A stretch of DNA of 63,956 bases, filler included, from Octopus bimaculoides (GCF_001194135.2; 5 parts of 5 records of this genome joined end to end with filler, not necessarily neighbours in it), one strand, 5' to 3'. Positions 48,514 to 62,706 are shown, numbered from the whole stretch's first letter. Program-made: numbers and translations. Notes: a model not told the origin generated them from the sequence alone.

Positions 48514-50039
48514 GCAGGCATGGCTGTGTGGTAAGAATCTTGCTTCCCAACCACACGGTTCTGGGTTCAGTCCCACTGCGTGGCACCTTTGGCAAGTGTC
48601 TTCTACTATAGCCTGAGGCTGACCAAAGCCTTGTGAGTGGATTTAGTAGACGGAAATTGAAAGAAGCCCGTCGTGTATATATATCAGGATGGGTAAAAAG
48701 TAAGCAACGTTTTGAACCAAGAAGAATTTGTGCCAGAATTTTGCAGTTTTGAATTTTTTAACAACATTATTTTTTTGTAATTGTCTGATAATACATAGAC
48801 TTGCCCAAATGCATCAATAAATTAATATTAATATTTTTTTCACCGTTGTTAGAATAATCTGAAATGGAACTGTCAAAGCGCGATGTTCGAGCAATTTTGC
48901 TATTCAACTTCAAAAAAGGACGTAAAGCAGCTGAAACTGCTCTCTGTAACAACGAAACGTTTGGTGAGTAAATGACCAGTAAGTGGTCAGCTCGAAAATG
49001 GTTCAAACGATTTCGTAGAGGAGACCTGAGCCTTGAAGATCGTGAGCGTAGTCATCTGTTATCGATGACAGTTAATAAAGGCTTGAGAAAGATCCACGTA
49101 AAACCACTCGAGAACTGGCAAAAGAACTTCAAGTTAGCCAGAAAACTGCCTGCAACCAAAATCAAAAAAGCTCGACAAATGGGTAACAACAGGATTTGAA
49201 GGAAAATCAGAAAATGCGCAGATATGAAATTTGCTCGTCGCTTCTTCTCCGTAATTAGACCGATCCATTTCACGATTGTATTGTAACTTGCGATGTAAAG
49301 TGGATTCTGTATAATAATAAAAACACGTTCTTCGCAGTGGTTGGATAAAAATGAAGCTCCGAAAACCTTCCCTAAACCCGAGCTCTTCAAAAAGATTATC
49401 GTGACTTTTCTGTGGTGTACAGCTGGACCCATCCACTATAACTTCATAAAACCCGGAAAAACAATTACTGCAGAAACATGTTGCCATGAAATTGCCAAAA
49501 TGAACGAAAAACTGCTACTCCTTCGTTCCAGACTGGTCAACAGGAGATTGCCAATCATTCTTCGTGACATTTATCGACCACACGTTTCACCCTCCAGAAG
49601 TTGAAGGAATTTGGTTACGAAACTCTTCCCCACCCAGCTTATTCCTCAGACCTTTCTACTACCGACTACCACTTTTTCAAGCACCTTGATGGTTTCCTGC
49701 GAGAGAAGGAGTTCAAAAATCAAACCGATGCTGAAAGCGCGTTCAAGGAGTTCATTAGCTCCAGATCTCTAGATTTTTGTGTTACCAGAATAAACAAACT
49801 TGTAAAAATATGTTGACTGTAATGGTACTTAAGTTGATGAATAAAATTTCCGCATTGCTGAAATGTTCCAAAGTTGCTTACTTTCTACTCAGCCTGATAT
49901 GTGTTTGTGTGTGTGTGTGTGTTTACGTGTCTGTGTTTGTCCACCCACCATCACATGATGTTGGTGTGTTTACGTCTCCGTAACTTAGAGGTTCGGCAAA
50001 ATATATCGATAGAGTAAGTACTAGGCTTACAAAGAATAA
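48514..50039 (+). mobile_element. SINE family A split by a mariner insertion
   Basis: Head 48514-48683 ending gaagcccgtcgtgtatata; the 3' half (tgtgtctgtgtttgtcc...agtactaggcttacaaagaataa) resumes at 49898. Confidence 0.85.
48684..49897 (+). mobile_element. Full-length mariner (1214 bp), transposase pseudogene
   Basis: TA|tcaggatgggtaaaaagtaagcaac ... gttgcttactttctactcagcctga|TA. ATG at 48864 reads MELSKRDVRAILLFNFKKG; then WFKRFRRGD, QWLDKNEAPK, HPAYSSDLSTTDYHFF. Stops and frameshifts. Confidence 0.92.
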
Positions 50040-50139
50040 NNNNNNNNNNNNNNNNNNNNNNNNNNNNNNNNNNNNNNNNNNNNTTAATTAATTAANNNNN
50101 NNNNNNNNNNNNNNNNNNNNNNNNNNNNNNNNNNNNNNN
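50040..50139. other. Artificial scaffold spacer
   Basis: 44N-TTAATTAATTAA-44N. Confidence 0.95.
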
Positions 50140-52022
50140 TTTTTTTTTGCCCAGAGGCATTATCAGAAAAGTAATCCTAGTGTTGAATATCGCATTAGTA
50201 GAGATGAAAGTAAGATGACAGAAATATACATTAATAAGAAAAGAAGGATACACTAAAGCAGTGTATGACGGGGCGGAATATGATGGTGTAGACGTCGTCG
50301 AAGATGATAAAGACGGGTAATGCGTGTATGAATGGTCTTCAAGTGTTGTCTGGTTCCAGACAGACGGAGGGCAATGAGCAAGTTGGTAAGGGTGAAGGTG
50401 AATGTGGGTTCGGTGTTGGTAGGGCGAAGTGGAGAAAATTGGAAGTGATAACGAAAGTGTCGTAAGAAAAGGAGAAGTGTGATGGTGATTGATTATAATG
50501 ACTCATTAAGTGTGAATATATCGCACACATGTAAACCAGGAACGAAAACATATTCATTCACACATATTCACACACAAAAGAGGAAGGCGACATGAAGAAA
50601 AAGTTGCATCAATATATATATATATANNNNNNNNNNNNNNNNNNNNNNNNNNNNNNNNNNNNNNNNNNNNNNNNNNNNNNNNNNNNNNNNNNNNNNNNNN
50701 NNNNNNNNNNNNNNNNNNNNNNNNNNNNNNNNNNNNNNNNNNNNNNNNNNNNNNNNNNNNNNNNNNNNNNNNNNNNNNNNNNNNNNNNNNNNNNNNNNNN
50801 NNNNNNNNNNNNNNNNNNNNNNNNNNNNNNNNNNNNNNNNNNNNNNNNNNNNNNNNNNNNNNNNNNNNNNNNNNNNNNNNNNNNNNNNNNNNNNNNNNNN
50901 NNNNNNNNNNNNNNNNNNNNNNNNNNNNNNNNNNNNNNNNNNNNNNNNNNNNNNNNNNNNNNNNNNNNNNNNNNNNNNNNNNNNNNNNNNNNNNNNNNNN
51001 NNNNNNNNNNNNNNNNNNNNNNNNNNNNNNNNNNNNNNNNNNNNNNNNNNNNNNNNNNNNNNNNNNNNNNNNNNNNNNNNNNNNNNNNNNNNNNNNNNNN
51101 NNNNNNNNNNNNNNNNNNNNNNNNNNNNNNNNNNNNNNNNNNNNNNNNNNNNNNNNNNNNNNNNNNNNNNNNNNNNNNNNNNNNNNNNNNNNNNNNNNNN
51201 NNNNNNNNNNNNNNNNNNNNNNNNNNNNNNNNNNNNNNNNNNNNNNNNNNNNNNNNNNNNNNNNNNNNNNNNNNNNNNNNNNNNNNATATATATATATAT
51301 ATGCGTATGTACAAGCGAATTTCTATTCATATATGTATACACACGCGCATACACGCACACACAAACACGAATATAGGCTCACGCACAGGTTCACGTGTGT
51401 ACATATATGCCCATACCAATATTTGTATGAATTGATCTTTCGTGTAGCAGTTCTTATTCCACTCAATTGTACTTGTATTAATTCTTTATATTCTTGTCCT
51501 CCTACTTTATTTTTTTAATCTTGATGTTATTTTATTATTTTCATCTCTATTATTTTCATCTCGTTCACAACTTTATACGTATTATTTTTTTCCCTTGAAA
51601 CTTTTACATATTTCGTCACCCACCTCAGACTGCAACGCATATTTCCTCTGAGTGTGTGTACATGTATGCGTGTGCATGAGAATATATGCGCGTGTATGAA
51701 TGTGCTCGTACGAGTAGGTTTATATAACTATGTTATTCATGTGTCTGAGTCCTTGTGACCAACCACCCACCAAAGATTTTCTTCATTGCAGCACAACTTT
51801 TTCGACAACCAACAGTCGCCTCTCCATCGGCTCTTCTCAAACAAGCACAACAGCTGCAATCTTGCTTCCATCTTCGTTATGGGACTCACTGGCACCAGTC
51901 TCTGCTGAAAGACCATTCATACATTATCATCAACAATAATATCTCTAGATATGTGGGCCTCCTTTTTGATATTCGACATCATGTTTACATCACACAGCAT
52001 GCAACTATATATACATACATAA

Positions 52023-52058
<36 letters not shown>

Positions 52059-52331
52059 GTGCGAGCTCGCTTGTGTGTTGGGACACTGTATATTCGTGGT
52101 TGGGACACTGTATTTCGTTATGACTGTACACCCATTAACTATATCTNNNNNNNNNNNNNNNNNNNNNNNNNNNNNNNNNNNNNNNNNNNNNNNNNNNNNN
52201 NNNNNNNNNNNNNNNNNNNNNNNNNNNNNNNNNNNNNNNNNNNNNNNNNNNNNNNNNNNNNNNNNNNNNNNNNNNNNNNNNNNNNNNNNNNNNNNNNNNN
52301 NNNNNNNNNNNNNNNNNNNNNNNNNNNNNNN

Positions 52332-52598
52332 TATATATTAGAAAAAATAATAAGGTACTCAGATATCTGGATGGTTGTACATTTACAGATTTTTATTAAT
52401 ATGTCACATGTTTTTATAAATTAGCGCTTCCATCTATTCTTGTAGATATTCCAGATTTAATGATAATTACTAAATCTGGAGAATCTACTAGAATAGACAC
52501 AAACGCTAATTTATAAAAACATGTGACATATTAATAAAAATCTGTAAATGTACAACCATCCAGATATCTGAGTACCTTATTATTTTTTCTAATATATA
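52332..52598. repeat. Fold-back element: 95-bp perfect arms plus imperfect inner stem
   Basis: 52332-52426 is the exact reverse complement of 52504-52598; inner pairings tctattct/agaataga, gtagat/atctac and tccagattta/taaatctgga. Confidence 0.9.
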
Positions 52599-53310
52599 TA
52601 TACACTTCATTAATGTAGTCAGCGTACAGAAAGGTTGCACCAGTAATGAGTCTTAATTTCTTAATTTCTTAATTTCTTCAACGCTAAATCATACATTCAA
52701 AATAAATGAAAGTGGAGAGACAAGTTACTGAAGAGATTGCAAGAGTGCAATGAAATAATTTAACAAAAAACTATATAAATTAATAAAGGACTGAACCAGT
52801 GCGTGTGTTTATGACCGGCATAATGCCTCTCCCAAAGTTTAATTGTATTTCTTTCAACACACGTATCCACATCAATTATCTTGCACACGAAATACACATA
52901 CGAAATATATATGAATGTATATATCAAAAACGTGGAAAAATCATGTTTTAATTATAAATTATAACATTTCTGTGCAATGGTAACAACATAAATATTTTTA
53001 TATAAATTCTATACGCTAACAGATTCCACATGCACGCATGTTTCTAGGAATGGCACTGATGTATGACTCCATATGATAGCCGATACCCGTGTACGAGGTT
53101 ATTGCCCAGTTAATATTATTTATATATATAAAGAGAGAGAGAGAGAGTATCATGAGGTCTTTCAATGATCACATCCTATCATGCGCACTGACCATTACAA
53201 AGCAGCTGGCTTGGGTTAAAATTGATTACTTTTAGATTAGTCATTAATTTCTATCCACAACCACTAATATAACCTCTACCAATCTATCCATCTAGTTATC
53301 TCTCTTTCTC

Positions 53311-53345
<35 letters not shown>

Positions 53346-56000
53346 CTATCTATCTATCTATCCATCAATATATTTATCTATCTCTATCTATCTTTCTATC
53401 TATCCGTCTATCTATTTATCAATTTCTCTATCTAACCTACTTATCTATCTACTTACCTACCTACCGTCTCTCCATTTGCCCTTCTCTATCTCTCCCCCTC
53501 TCCGTCTTTCCCTCTTACTCTGCCTGTCTCTCTCTCTCTCTCTCTCTCACGCTCTAGGTCATGAGAAGAGAAATAACATACTTTTTACGGCAAAGGAATG
53601 ACAGAAAACTGAATATATAAACCCCTTACTAATTATAGAACCAGCTGTTAGAAATATTAAACAACTCTTTGTATACTAAGATGAGCCCAGTAAAATGCTA
53701 CATTATTTGCTCTCTACATCAAATGGAATAGCACCTCTCATTTAGAAGTCAAAGACAAATGCTGTAAGTTACTTTCTGCTTATTCAATTATGGATAGTTT
53801 CAATATTTTGGTATTCACATATTTTGGAGGGCTATTTTATGAGTATCATACACGCTATGATCCGTCGTATCGTTGTTAAGCATCTGATTACGTTTAAGTC
53901 ATTTTTCTCTGTTGCCCAATGTCATGTCTAATTTTTCATACAGACCTGAACATGCAGACATCAATGTTGAATATTGTTAGTTTAGTGCTGCTCAACAACA
54001 AAATCGTACATTTCCCAATGTTATTTGTTTAGAGTACCGTAAAATGATCAACTGAGATTTTAATAAAATATTTGAGTGTTTGTTATTGGGTTTAGTCAGC
54101 TGCGTTTTAATAAATTGCTAAGATGTTGAATATAGCAATATGTATGTTATATATCCTTATAAATCTGATCTGGCAGCTAGAATGTCGACAAAGGTTAAAT
54201 TGTCAGGCATGAAATATTGGAGGAAATGAAGGTCTCTGACTCCTTCATAATGAATGAGTTTCGCAGAGGTTGTAGAGAGACCGAATTTATTTATCGTTTT
54301 AAATCTACAGCAGAGGTCGATTTCTTCAGGCTAAACAATAATTTGTACACTTCACATAAATGCATTAATACAATGAACTGCTCTATAAATATTAAATCAT
54401 ATTATCCCGTTGTTCGTAGTGAAAGTGCAAATTGTTTCGATTCAACAAAGGCCACTACTTAAACGAGTGTATACCCTGTACATTAAAGTTACTGAATATT
54501 GCAGATAGCAAATGGCATTCTACAAATTAATTAAATATCAAGAAAAATATCGGAAGAGATGTAGAATATATACACTATACTGCCTATAATATTAGTTATC
54601 AATCTCACGCATTCAATATTAATTAATGAAAATATAGCAGGACATATGATTTCATAGGTTCTACGTTTGGAAATTCTCTTTTATACGTGATTTTGTAATC
54701 TAATGAAATATGCCATTATGCATCTTCTGATAATATTAATGAGAAATAATTGTTACGGCAACATAGTTAAAAACGCATTTGGCATATGTAAAGTAACAAA
54801 TAGTTTATAGAAACGTTGTTTACTTTTCTTTTGACTTCATAATTCAAACACGCCTCGTTGGAGAAATTGTTATAAGTATGTATGTTTCCGACCATTAGAT
54901 AATTTCAAGATTGTAAGATATGGCCAATATGTATTCAGAATTAAATGCATATTGATTAATTTTGTGCGACAGAACATACGCTTTCCTTGGTGCAATTTTA
55001 AGGCGTTATCATAGCAGGAATCGCAGCGGGAATAGCATATGACATAAACAGTGAAATTAAGAATGTCACAGGGTCAACATCCATATATGTGACGAAGGAC
55101 AGTTCTCTGAACAGAAATCTCTTGAATGTAATTAGTTTTCTTTGATATAATATAAATACCTTCAATGTGATAGCTATTTAAAAGGTAAGTTTGAGGTCTT
55201 CACAGACTAAACGTAATTAATCACCTTAAATTGATTTGACTTGCTCCCTTCATGTTAATACCCACATAGTGAATTACCCTGAATCGAATACATTATATCT
55301 AAGAACACGAGCAATATCTGTATATTAGATATATAATAAAACGGAGAACTTTTACCTTATTTTATTAGATAAATAAATATAACGAAAGTTACATTCGAGA
55401 TATAATGATATGTATGGAAAATCTGAAGCATAGTTAAAGCGTAAAAAAACTAATCAAGTATGGAAAATCATAGTAATTCTTCACAACAGAGCAATTCAGC
55501 TAAGGAAGTAGTCGATGATTTAAACACAAGAAAATACATCCTTACTGCATAGGATTGCAATACTAAGAATAACTGAGAATTTTGCAGCAATACCAATAAA
55601 ATGTAAAATGTCTCCTTACATTGCATCTCAATTGTTACAGGAAGGCATCCTGGAAATTCAGGACATTTATAAGGAAAGAGATATCGATGTAGTCGTACAG
55701 CTGTTTCTGCGACTACAGGATTTTATATTTTATTTCTCCTTTCATTCTGATATTTCACTCTATATTCCCTATCTGTTCCTTTTCTATAATAATTCGTTAT
55801 TTCTAACTCAAACATTTACCTCTATTTAAACATCTCACACCATCTCTGATGAATGGACATACATAATATCACAGAAACATTTATATCTCTTTCCTTATAA
55901 ACGTCCTGAAAACTCCGCACACACTTGGCTTTGTTATCTTTTTTTGCCTAATATATACATATATATNNNNNNNNNNNNNNNNNNNNNNNNNNNNNATATA

Positions 56001-57228
56001 TCAGGTCATTCCATAAGTCCTGTCAGATTTTACCTTTTTTTTTTTAGATTGAAGGAAATTTAATAGTGTTTTAGAATGTCTAATGGAATTAAAAATTATT
56101 TTAATGCGTTTGTGTACATTTAACCTAATTACATGTTATTTTACAGAATAACAGAATTAAAATTTCTCTGATTAAATCCCTTTCTAACATGAAAGTATCC
56201 AAAGACCATTTAAAGTACACAATGCTTTATGAGTACAAGAAAGTAAACACTGCAGCCGAAGCGACTCGAAACATACACTCAGTTTATGGGAAAGAGCTTG
56301 CTGACAATGGTTTGCAAAATTCGGAAGTGGAGATTTCAGCCTTGAAAAGGAAGATCGAATAGGACGTCCAGTTGTGTTTATGGTAAGTTCCTTGAGCCAT
56401 TACGTGAAGAAAATCCGGTGTTTTCAGTCGAAGAATTGGCAATAAAGCTTACTTCATTCCATACAACTGTTCATCGTCATCTTCGACAACTTGAAAAGGT
56501 TCCTAAACTTAGAAAATGCGTTCCTCATGATTAGTCCGAAACCAACCGCAAATCCCGAGTTGACCTTTGCCCTTCTCCCCATACTCGCGAACTCATTTCA
56601 CCCTTTTTGGATAGACTTCTGACTTGTGACGAAAATTGGATCTTCAATCGAAATGCTAAACATCGTAAACAGTGGCTTAGTAAAAGGGAGAAAACCTCAA
56701 CCACAACCGAGAAGGGAACTTCATGGAAAAAAGTTTCTTCTCTCTATCTGGTGGGATTGCAAAGAAGTAATTTACTTTGAATTGTTACCACCTGATGCAA
56801 CAAGCAATGCTCAAGACTATTGTCAGCAATTAGAGGGTTTGAACGAAGTTTTGAAGAAAAAAAAGATACCCGCTTTAGAGAATCGAAAAGGAGTCATGTT
56901 TCATCAGGACAGTGCGCGATCCCACACTGCAAAGATCGCATCATAGAAGATCGAATAGCTTGGCTGGGAAAAAAATCCTCAGCTACCTATTTCTCCCAAA
57001 CATGCTCCTTCAGACAACCATTTGTTTCGTAGCTTACAGAATCATTTCGGGGACAAAATTTATACAAACCAGGAGGATGTCGAAACTGACTTTTCAATGT
57101 TCTGCGCTTTGAAACCAAAATAGTTTTACATTGATGAGATTAAAAAGCTTGTAAATAGGTGGAAGAAAGTAATAGACAATCAGTTAAGGTACATTGATGA
57201 TTACGTTTCAATAGATTTATCATTTGAT
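56001..57228 (+). mobile_element. Mariner element, transposase pseudogene; right TIR in gap
   Basis: TA|tcaggtcattccataagtcctgtc; ATG at 56189 reads MKVSKDHLKY; LTCDENW, QWLSK..PQPQPRRELHGKKFLLSIWWD, FHQDSARSHTA; same family as 35573. Confidence 0.9.
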
Positions 57229-58345
57229 NNNNNNNNNNNNNNNNNNNNNNNNNNNNNNNNNNNNNNNNNNNNNNNNNNNNNNNNNNNNNNNNNNNNNNNN
57301 NNNNNNNNNNNNNNNNNNNNNNNNNNNNNNNNNNNNNNNNNNNNNNNNNNNNNNNNNNNNNNNNNNNNNNNNNNNNNNNNNNNNNNNNNNNNNNNNNNNN
57401 NNNNNNNNNNNNNNNNNNNNNNNNNNNNNNNNNNNNNNNNNNNNNNNNNNNNNNNNNNNNNNNNNNNNNNNNNNNNNNNNNNNNNNNNNNNNNNNNNNNN
57501 NNNNNNNNNNNNNNNNNNNNNNNNNNNNNNNNNNNNNNNNNNNNNNNNNNNNNNNNNNNNNNNNNNNNNNNNNNNNNNNNNNNNNNNNNNNNNNNNNNNN
57601 NNNNNNNNNNNNNNNNNNNNNNNNNNNNNNNNNNNNNNNNNNNNNNNNNNNNNNNNNNNNNNNNNNNNNNNNNNNNNNNNNNNNNNNNNNNNNNNNNNNN
57701 NNNNNNNNNNNNNNNNNNNNNNNNNNNNNNNNNNNNNNNNNNNNNNNNNNNNNNNNNNNNNNNNNNNNNNNNNNNNNNNNNNNNNNNNNNNNNNNNNNNN
57801 NNNNNNNNNNNNNNNNNNNNNNNNNNNNNNNNNNNNNNNNNNNNNNNNNNNNNNNNNNNNNNNNNNNNNNNNNNNNNNNNNNNNNNNNNNNNNNNNNNNN
57901 NNNNNNNNNNNNNNNNNNNNNNNNNNNNNNNNNNNNNNNNNNNNNNNNNNNNNNNNNNNNNNNNNNNNNNNNNNNNNNNNNNNNNNNNATATATTAGAGT
58001 AGATGAAAGCTCTTGTATGTGATTTGTAAAAACATTTAAAATGATAATAATGGGTTCTGTTTAAACAGAATCCTTGATTCAATAACACCGTTTATAAACT
58101 CTGTATTTGGAATGACCAATTTCAAAGACTGTTGCATTTTACTCATAAGGATTGGAATCTTAATAATGGATTTACAAATATAATGACCAATCGTAAAGAC
58201 TATTGGATTTTGCTCACAAGTTATTGGAATCTTATATGCATACTACTCTACCTAAACAATGGATTTACAAATGCAATATCCCCATATTCACTCTCTATTT
58301 CCCATCTTATGTCAACTAACTATTGCTTAATTATCCTCTAACACC

Positions 58346-58394
58346 GTCTCCGATGAAGGGATATAATAATTATCCTGGAAATAGCTGTAAGTCC
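58346..58394 (+). ncRNA. Degenerate type I hammerhead-like motif at a probable PLE tail
   Basis: GUCU-CCGAUGA-AGGGAUA-UAAUAAU-UAUCCUG-GAAAU-AGCU-GUA-AGUC; core substitutions (U4C, C15.2U) and a stem I mismatch. Confidence 0.4.
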
Positions 58395-58949
58395 TATTTA
58401 TAAATGTTCTATATTATACACAGCCCTGTTTTTTTTTTTTCACTGCGAAATCCTTATATATATATAAGATGGGTTAGAATAACCACCATAAGGGATAGAA
58501 AATATCCAATCGATCACTGGTTTGTTACTTATTACTTTGCTGTGTATGGTTATATTCCTAAAATAATAGGTATAAATATCCATCTCACAACTTTAGGCAT
58601 TTCCTTTCCATCTGGGAAACAATCAATGTATTTCCGGCATTGCTTCATCATCTTGTGTTTAGGCATTCCATTTCAATCTCATAGGACTAGATGCAGTGAG
58701 ATAGGGATTCAGAATCCAATTTCATACAGTCATTGTTTGGGCACAGTAGCTCATTCGAGTATGCTTATTCTTTGCATACTTCTCTGAGACTTATACTACT
58801 CGGGTAGACTTATTGCTATACCCGAGTGCAGGTGGGCTTAGCTGGAATTTGTTGGAGATATTCGTCCAGGAATTGTCAGAATGTTATGAGACTTTTGCTT
58901 CCCTTATGTGTCTTCGTACGATGTTAAAAATTGGCGGGTTAGTTAAGTT

Positions 58950-59300
58950 GAAATAGTTCTTACGTAACGTTCTGATGTGAGGCGAGTATGGTCTCTGTAG
59001 AAGACGGATGGCACGGGGAACGAAGCCTTCTGTAAATTTTAAAATTAATGCCAAAACTATTTTGGGAATATTGTTTCAATAGTTTCCACAACATACAAAT
59101 GATATAGCGATCACGGCGGCATTGGAGGGATTATAGTCTGACCTCCTCCTGCCAATACCAATGATCAAGAGATAACCTGTCTTCATTTTGCGTGTGACTG
59201 ATTTCTGGGGTGCGTCAATCTATATTTTGTTTCGTATATAGAGATGGGAACGAGTGAATGTGGAGAAGAGAAGGATAACTGCAGGAGACTCACTAGATCG
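58950..59300 (-). mobile_element. Old CR1/L2-group LINE, RT C-terminal remnant
   Basis: Minus strand ..QKSVTRKM..LDHWYWQEEVRL*SLQCRRDRYIICMLWKLL (cf. YWERL..L.LYSLQRRRERY.II..WK). Confidence 0.5.
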
Positions 59301-61728
59301 GAAAATCCAGAGGATCCATGGTCACGCTCCGTGAGCCATGTTATCTTGGCTGTTTTTGTTGGTACTCAAGATTATGTTGTTGCAGATAAACAATATTCAT
59401 ATCTTCAAATGTTCCAGTTGAAATTATTTATCAAATGCTTGTAAATGAATATTATATTTAATTTACGAAACAAAAAATTCTCCTAAAGTCGCTCCCATTA
59501 CAATAGAAATGAGTTTAAACTGACTTTACCAAGCAATTACTTTCATGTTTGCTGTAAATGTGATATACAAACTTTATTTCCTTGTAAAATATATTAAAGA
59601 AAAAGTTAATATATCCTATAAGATACAACATGCCATTTCACATTGCGTGATGAATGAAATAATACATATATTTCTTTGGGAAATGTTTTGTGAATTTTTC
59701 TAATCATGTTTCAAGTACTATCAAGATATTACAGAGTTACATATCGAAAAAGTATTGTTTTTCATTCTGCTTCAAAATATTTCCAGTTAAGATGACGTGC
59801 TGTTAATTTAATATTGTAATTTTCTCATTGTAATAAAAGAAAATTTCAAAAATTGAGCGATGCATTATTCCTTTTCCTTGTATCGTGATGTATACAACTG
59901 CACCTGTGAAGACTGTGTGACATTATAATTATATTTGCGAATTTGCCGCTGATTGCTAAAAACATAGCCGCATATATATATATCTCATTCTGTAAATGAG
60001 CTTCAGTATAGAAGGAAGAAATAATTAAATATAGTTTTGAATTCGTAAATAGGTCAGAGTCACGCATTTTAAACCTGTATATTCTTTCATTACCGCCATG
60101 AATAGGTATACGTAATTCCATGCTAATGTGTTTACATACATATATACGTACAACGGATAGATTTTTATACAAGAATGTATAAAAGTATGTTTACTTTTAT
60201 ATAGAAACTAACACACACTTATACACACAAACACGCTTTGAAACACTCTCACAGACGCACTAAAACACAAATAGACACAGGTACATAGACGCACACACAC
60301 ACACGTACATTCTTATATTCCCTAACATTTGTTGGAATTACTCTCAGCACGAGATATTACAGCTCCTTCATTGTTGCCCATTTAATAAAAGAAACTGTTT
60401 CAATTCAGTTGTTATTTCAGAAGAGCCTTTACGTGTCTTTATTCTAAGCATTAAAAAATACCCAGTTAGAAAAGTGAATATATTGTTTACATAACAATTT
60501 AGCCTAAAGAAGGATTTAAACAAATATAAACACATTTTTTTTTAGTTAAAAGTGAACAAAAATACAAAAATATTTACATCCTTATGTTAATGCGCTTGTG
60601 TGGTTGTGTGTCAGGATCCATGTGAGGTTTGATGTACTCTTCAAAATTGAAATATTGTGATGATTTCCCTGCAAACATATACGGGTGGAGAATTGTGAAA
60701 CTATTTTCAACACATACATTACTGGCATATACTTTCCGTTAGATTGTTAATGCATGTGAGAATATGGGAGGCAGTATGTGCTCCTTATTACATGTCTCGT
60801 CAGTAAGTATTCTACGAATCATTTAAGACTAAAAGCCGAATCAGCAAAGCATACATAAATGGACACACATATATGTACCTATGCACTCAGACACACACCC
60901 ATGTATCTATCTATCTATCTATCTTTCTATCTATCTATCTATCTATATACATATATAGATCACATCTTGGAATTAGCGCGCCAAAACGAAGACTTTTGAA
61001 TTTTACCATTAAGCTGTACTTAGCAGAACCATATNNNNNNNNNNNNNNNNNNNNNNNNNNNNNNNNNNNNNNNNNNNNNNNNNNNNNNNNNNNNNNNNNN
61101 NNNNNNNNNNNNNNNNNNNNNNNNNNNNNNNNNNNNNNNNNNNNNNNNNNNNNNNNNNNNNNNNNNNNNNNNNNNNNNNNNNNNNNNNNNNNNNNNNNNN
61201 NNNNNNNNNNNNNNNNNNNNNNNNNNNNNNNNNNNNNNNNNNNNNNNNNNNNNNNNNNNNNNNNNNNNNNNNNNNNNNNNNNNNNNNNNNNNNNNNNNNN
61301 NNNNNNNNNNNNNNNNNNNNNNNNNNNNNNNNNNNNNNNNNNNNNNNNNNNNNNNNNNNNNNNNNNNNNNNNNNNNNNNNNNNNNNNNNNNNNNNNNNNN
61401 NNNNNNNNNNNNNNNNNNNNNNNNNNNNNNNNNNNNNNNNNNNNNNNNNNNNNNNNNNNNNNNNNNNNNNNNNNNNNNNNNNNNNNNNNNNNNNNNNNNN
61501 NNNNNNNNNNNNNNNNNNNNNNNNNNNNNNNNNNNNNNNNNNNNNNNNNNNNNNNNNNNNNNNNNNNNNNNNNNNNNNNNNNNNNNNNNNNNNNNNNNNN
61601 NNNNNNNNNNNNNNNNNNNNNNNNNNNNNNNNNNNNNNNNNNNNNNNNNNNNNNNNNNNNNNNNNNNNNNNNNNNNNNNNNNNNNNNNNNNNNNNNNNNN
61701 NNNNNNNNNNNNNNNNNNNNNNNNNNNN

Positions 61729-61781
<53 letters not shown>

Positions 61782-62563
61782 TGCACATATACATTCATAC
61801 ATCCGCACACATACATGTCCACATACATATGCACGCACATATACGCACATACGTATATATCACAGCTTATATATACACATATATACACACATGTTCCCTC
61901 CTGCACATACTTATACACATACTTATACAAGGACAAATTCATCTCTAAACATACATATTTGACCATACGTGCATGCAAACACATCGAAAGATATATATAT
62001 ATATATATGTAGATAGATATGCTTACATATATATACGCATATACACCCATATACAAGTACGTCTCAGCATATATACATAAACACACACACTCGTATCTGC
62101 GGATAGACACATACTTAAATACTCACGCACATACGTATATTTTTGTACACATACGCAGGTATACGTGGCAGCATACGCTGGGTAAACATATATACCGTTT
62201 TGAGCGAGTTTTGAGCCTACATTGAGTGCATTAGGCGCAGGGTGTTTTAAAGCGATTTTTAGTTTAAAGAAAGTGTATCTTATAGACAATAAAATACGGG
62301 ATGTGTGTGTGTGTGTGCGCGTGTGTGTGTGTGTGTATGTATATGCATGTGTGTATATATAAATCAAAATAACCAGCAGGTTATCAAGTAATAATGTTTG
62401 CTTTGTTCAATTAACTGAACTCGCTTGAAACGGTGGTACTGCATTACTACTTCATATCGGTTAGGTTATTTTTATTTTCTTCATTTTACTCGGAGTTGGG
62501 TGGATAATACCAGACTAATTTGATACCTAATTCAACGTAGTCTTAATTATATATGTGTTTATT

Positions 62564-62601
<38 letters not shown>

Positions 62602-62701
62602 NNNNNNNNNNNNNNNNNNNNNNNNNNNNNNNNNNNNNNNNNNNNTTAATTAATTAANNNNNNNNNNNNNNNNNNNNNNNNNNNNNNNNNNNNNNNNNNN
62701 N
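62602..62701. other. Artificial scaffold spacer
   Basis: 44N-TTAATTAATTAA-44N. Confidence 0.95.
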
Positions 62702-62706
62702 ACAAA

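Noticed and set aside
54170-54335. Minus-strand open frame PEEIDLCCRFKTINKFGLSTTSAKLIHYEG... after an AG
   Set aside because: No recognisable homology or donor site; length compatible with chance.
59244-59444. 66-aa ORF as a host exon
   Set aside because: Overlaps a minus-strand CR1/L2-like remnant, which better explains the composition.
2105-62110. Long ORFs spanning N runs and YI/CV/HT-repeat ORFs
   Set aside because: Artefacts of assembly gaps and dinucleotide microsatellites.
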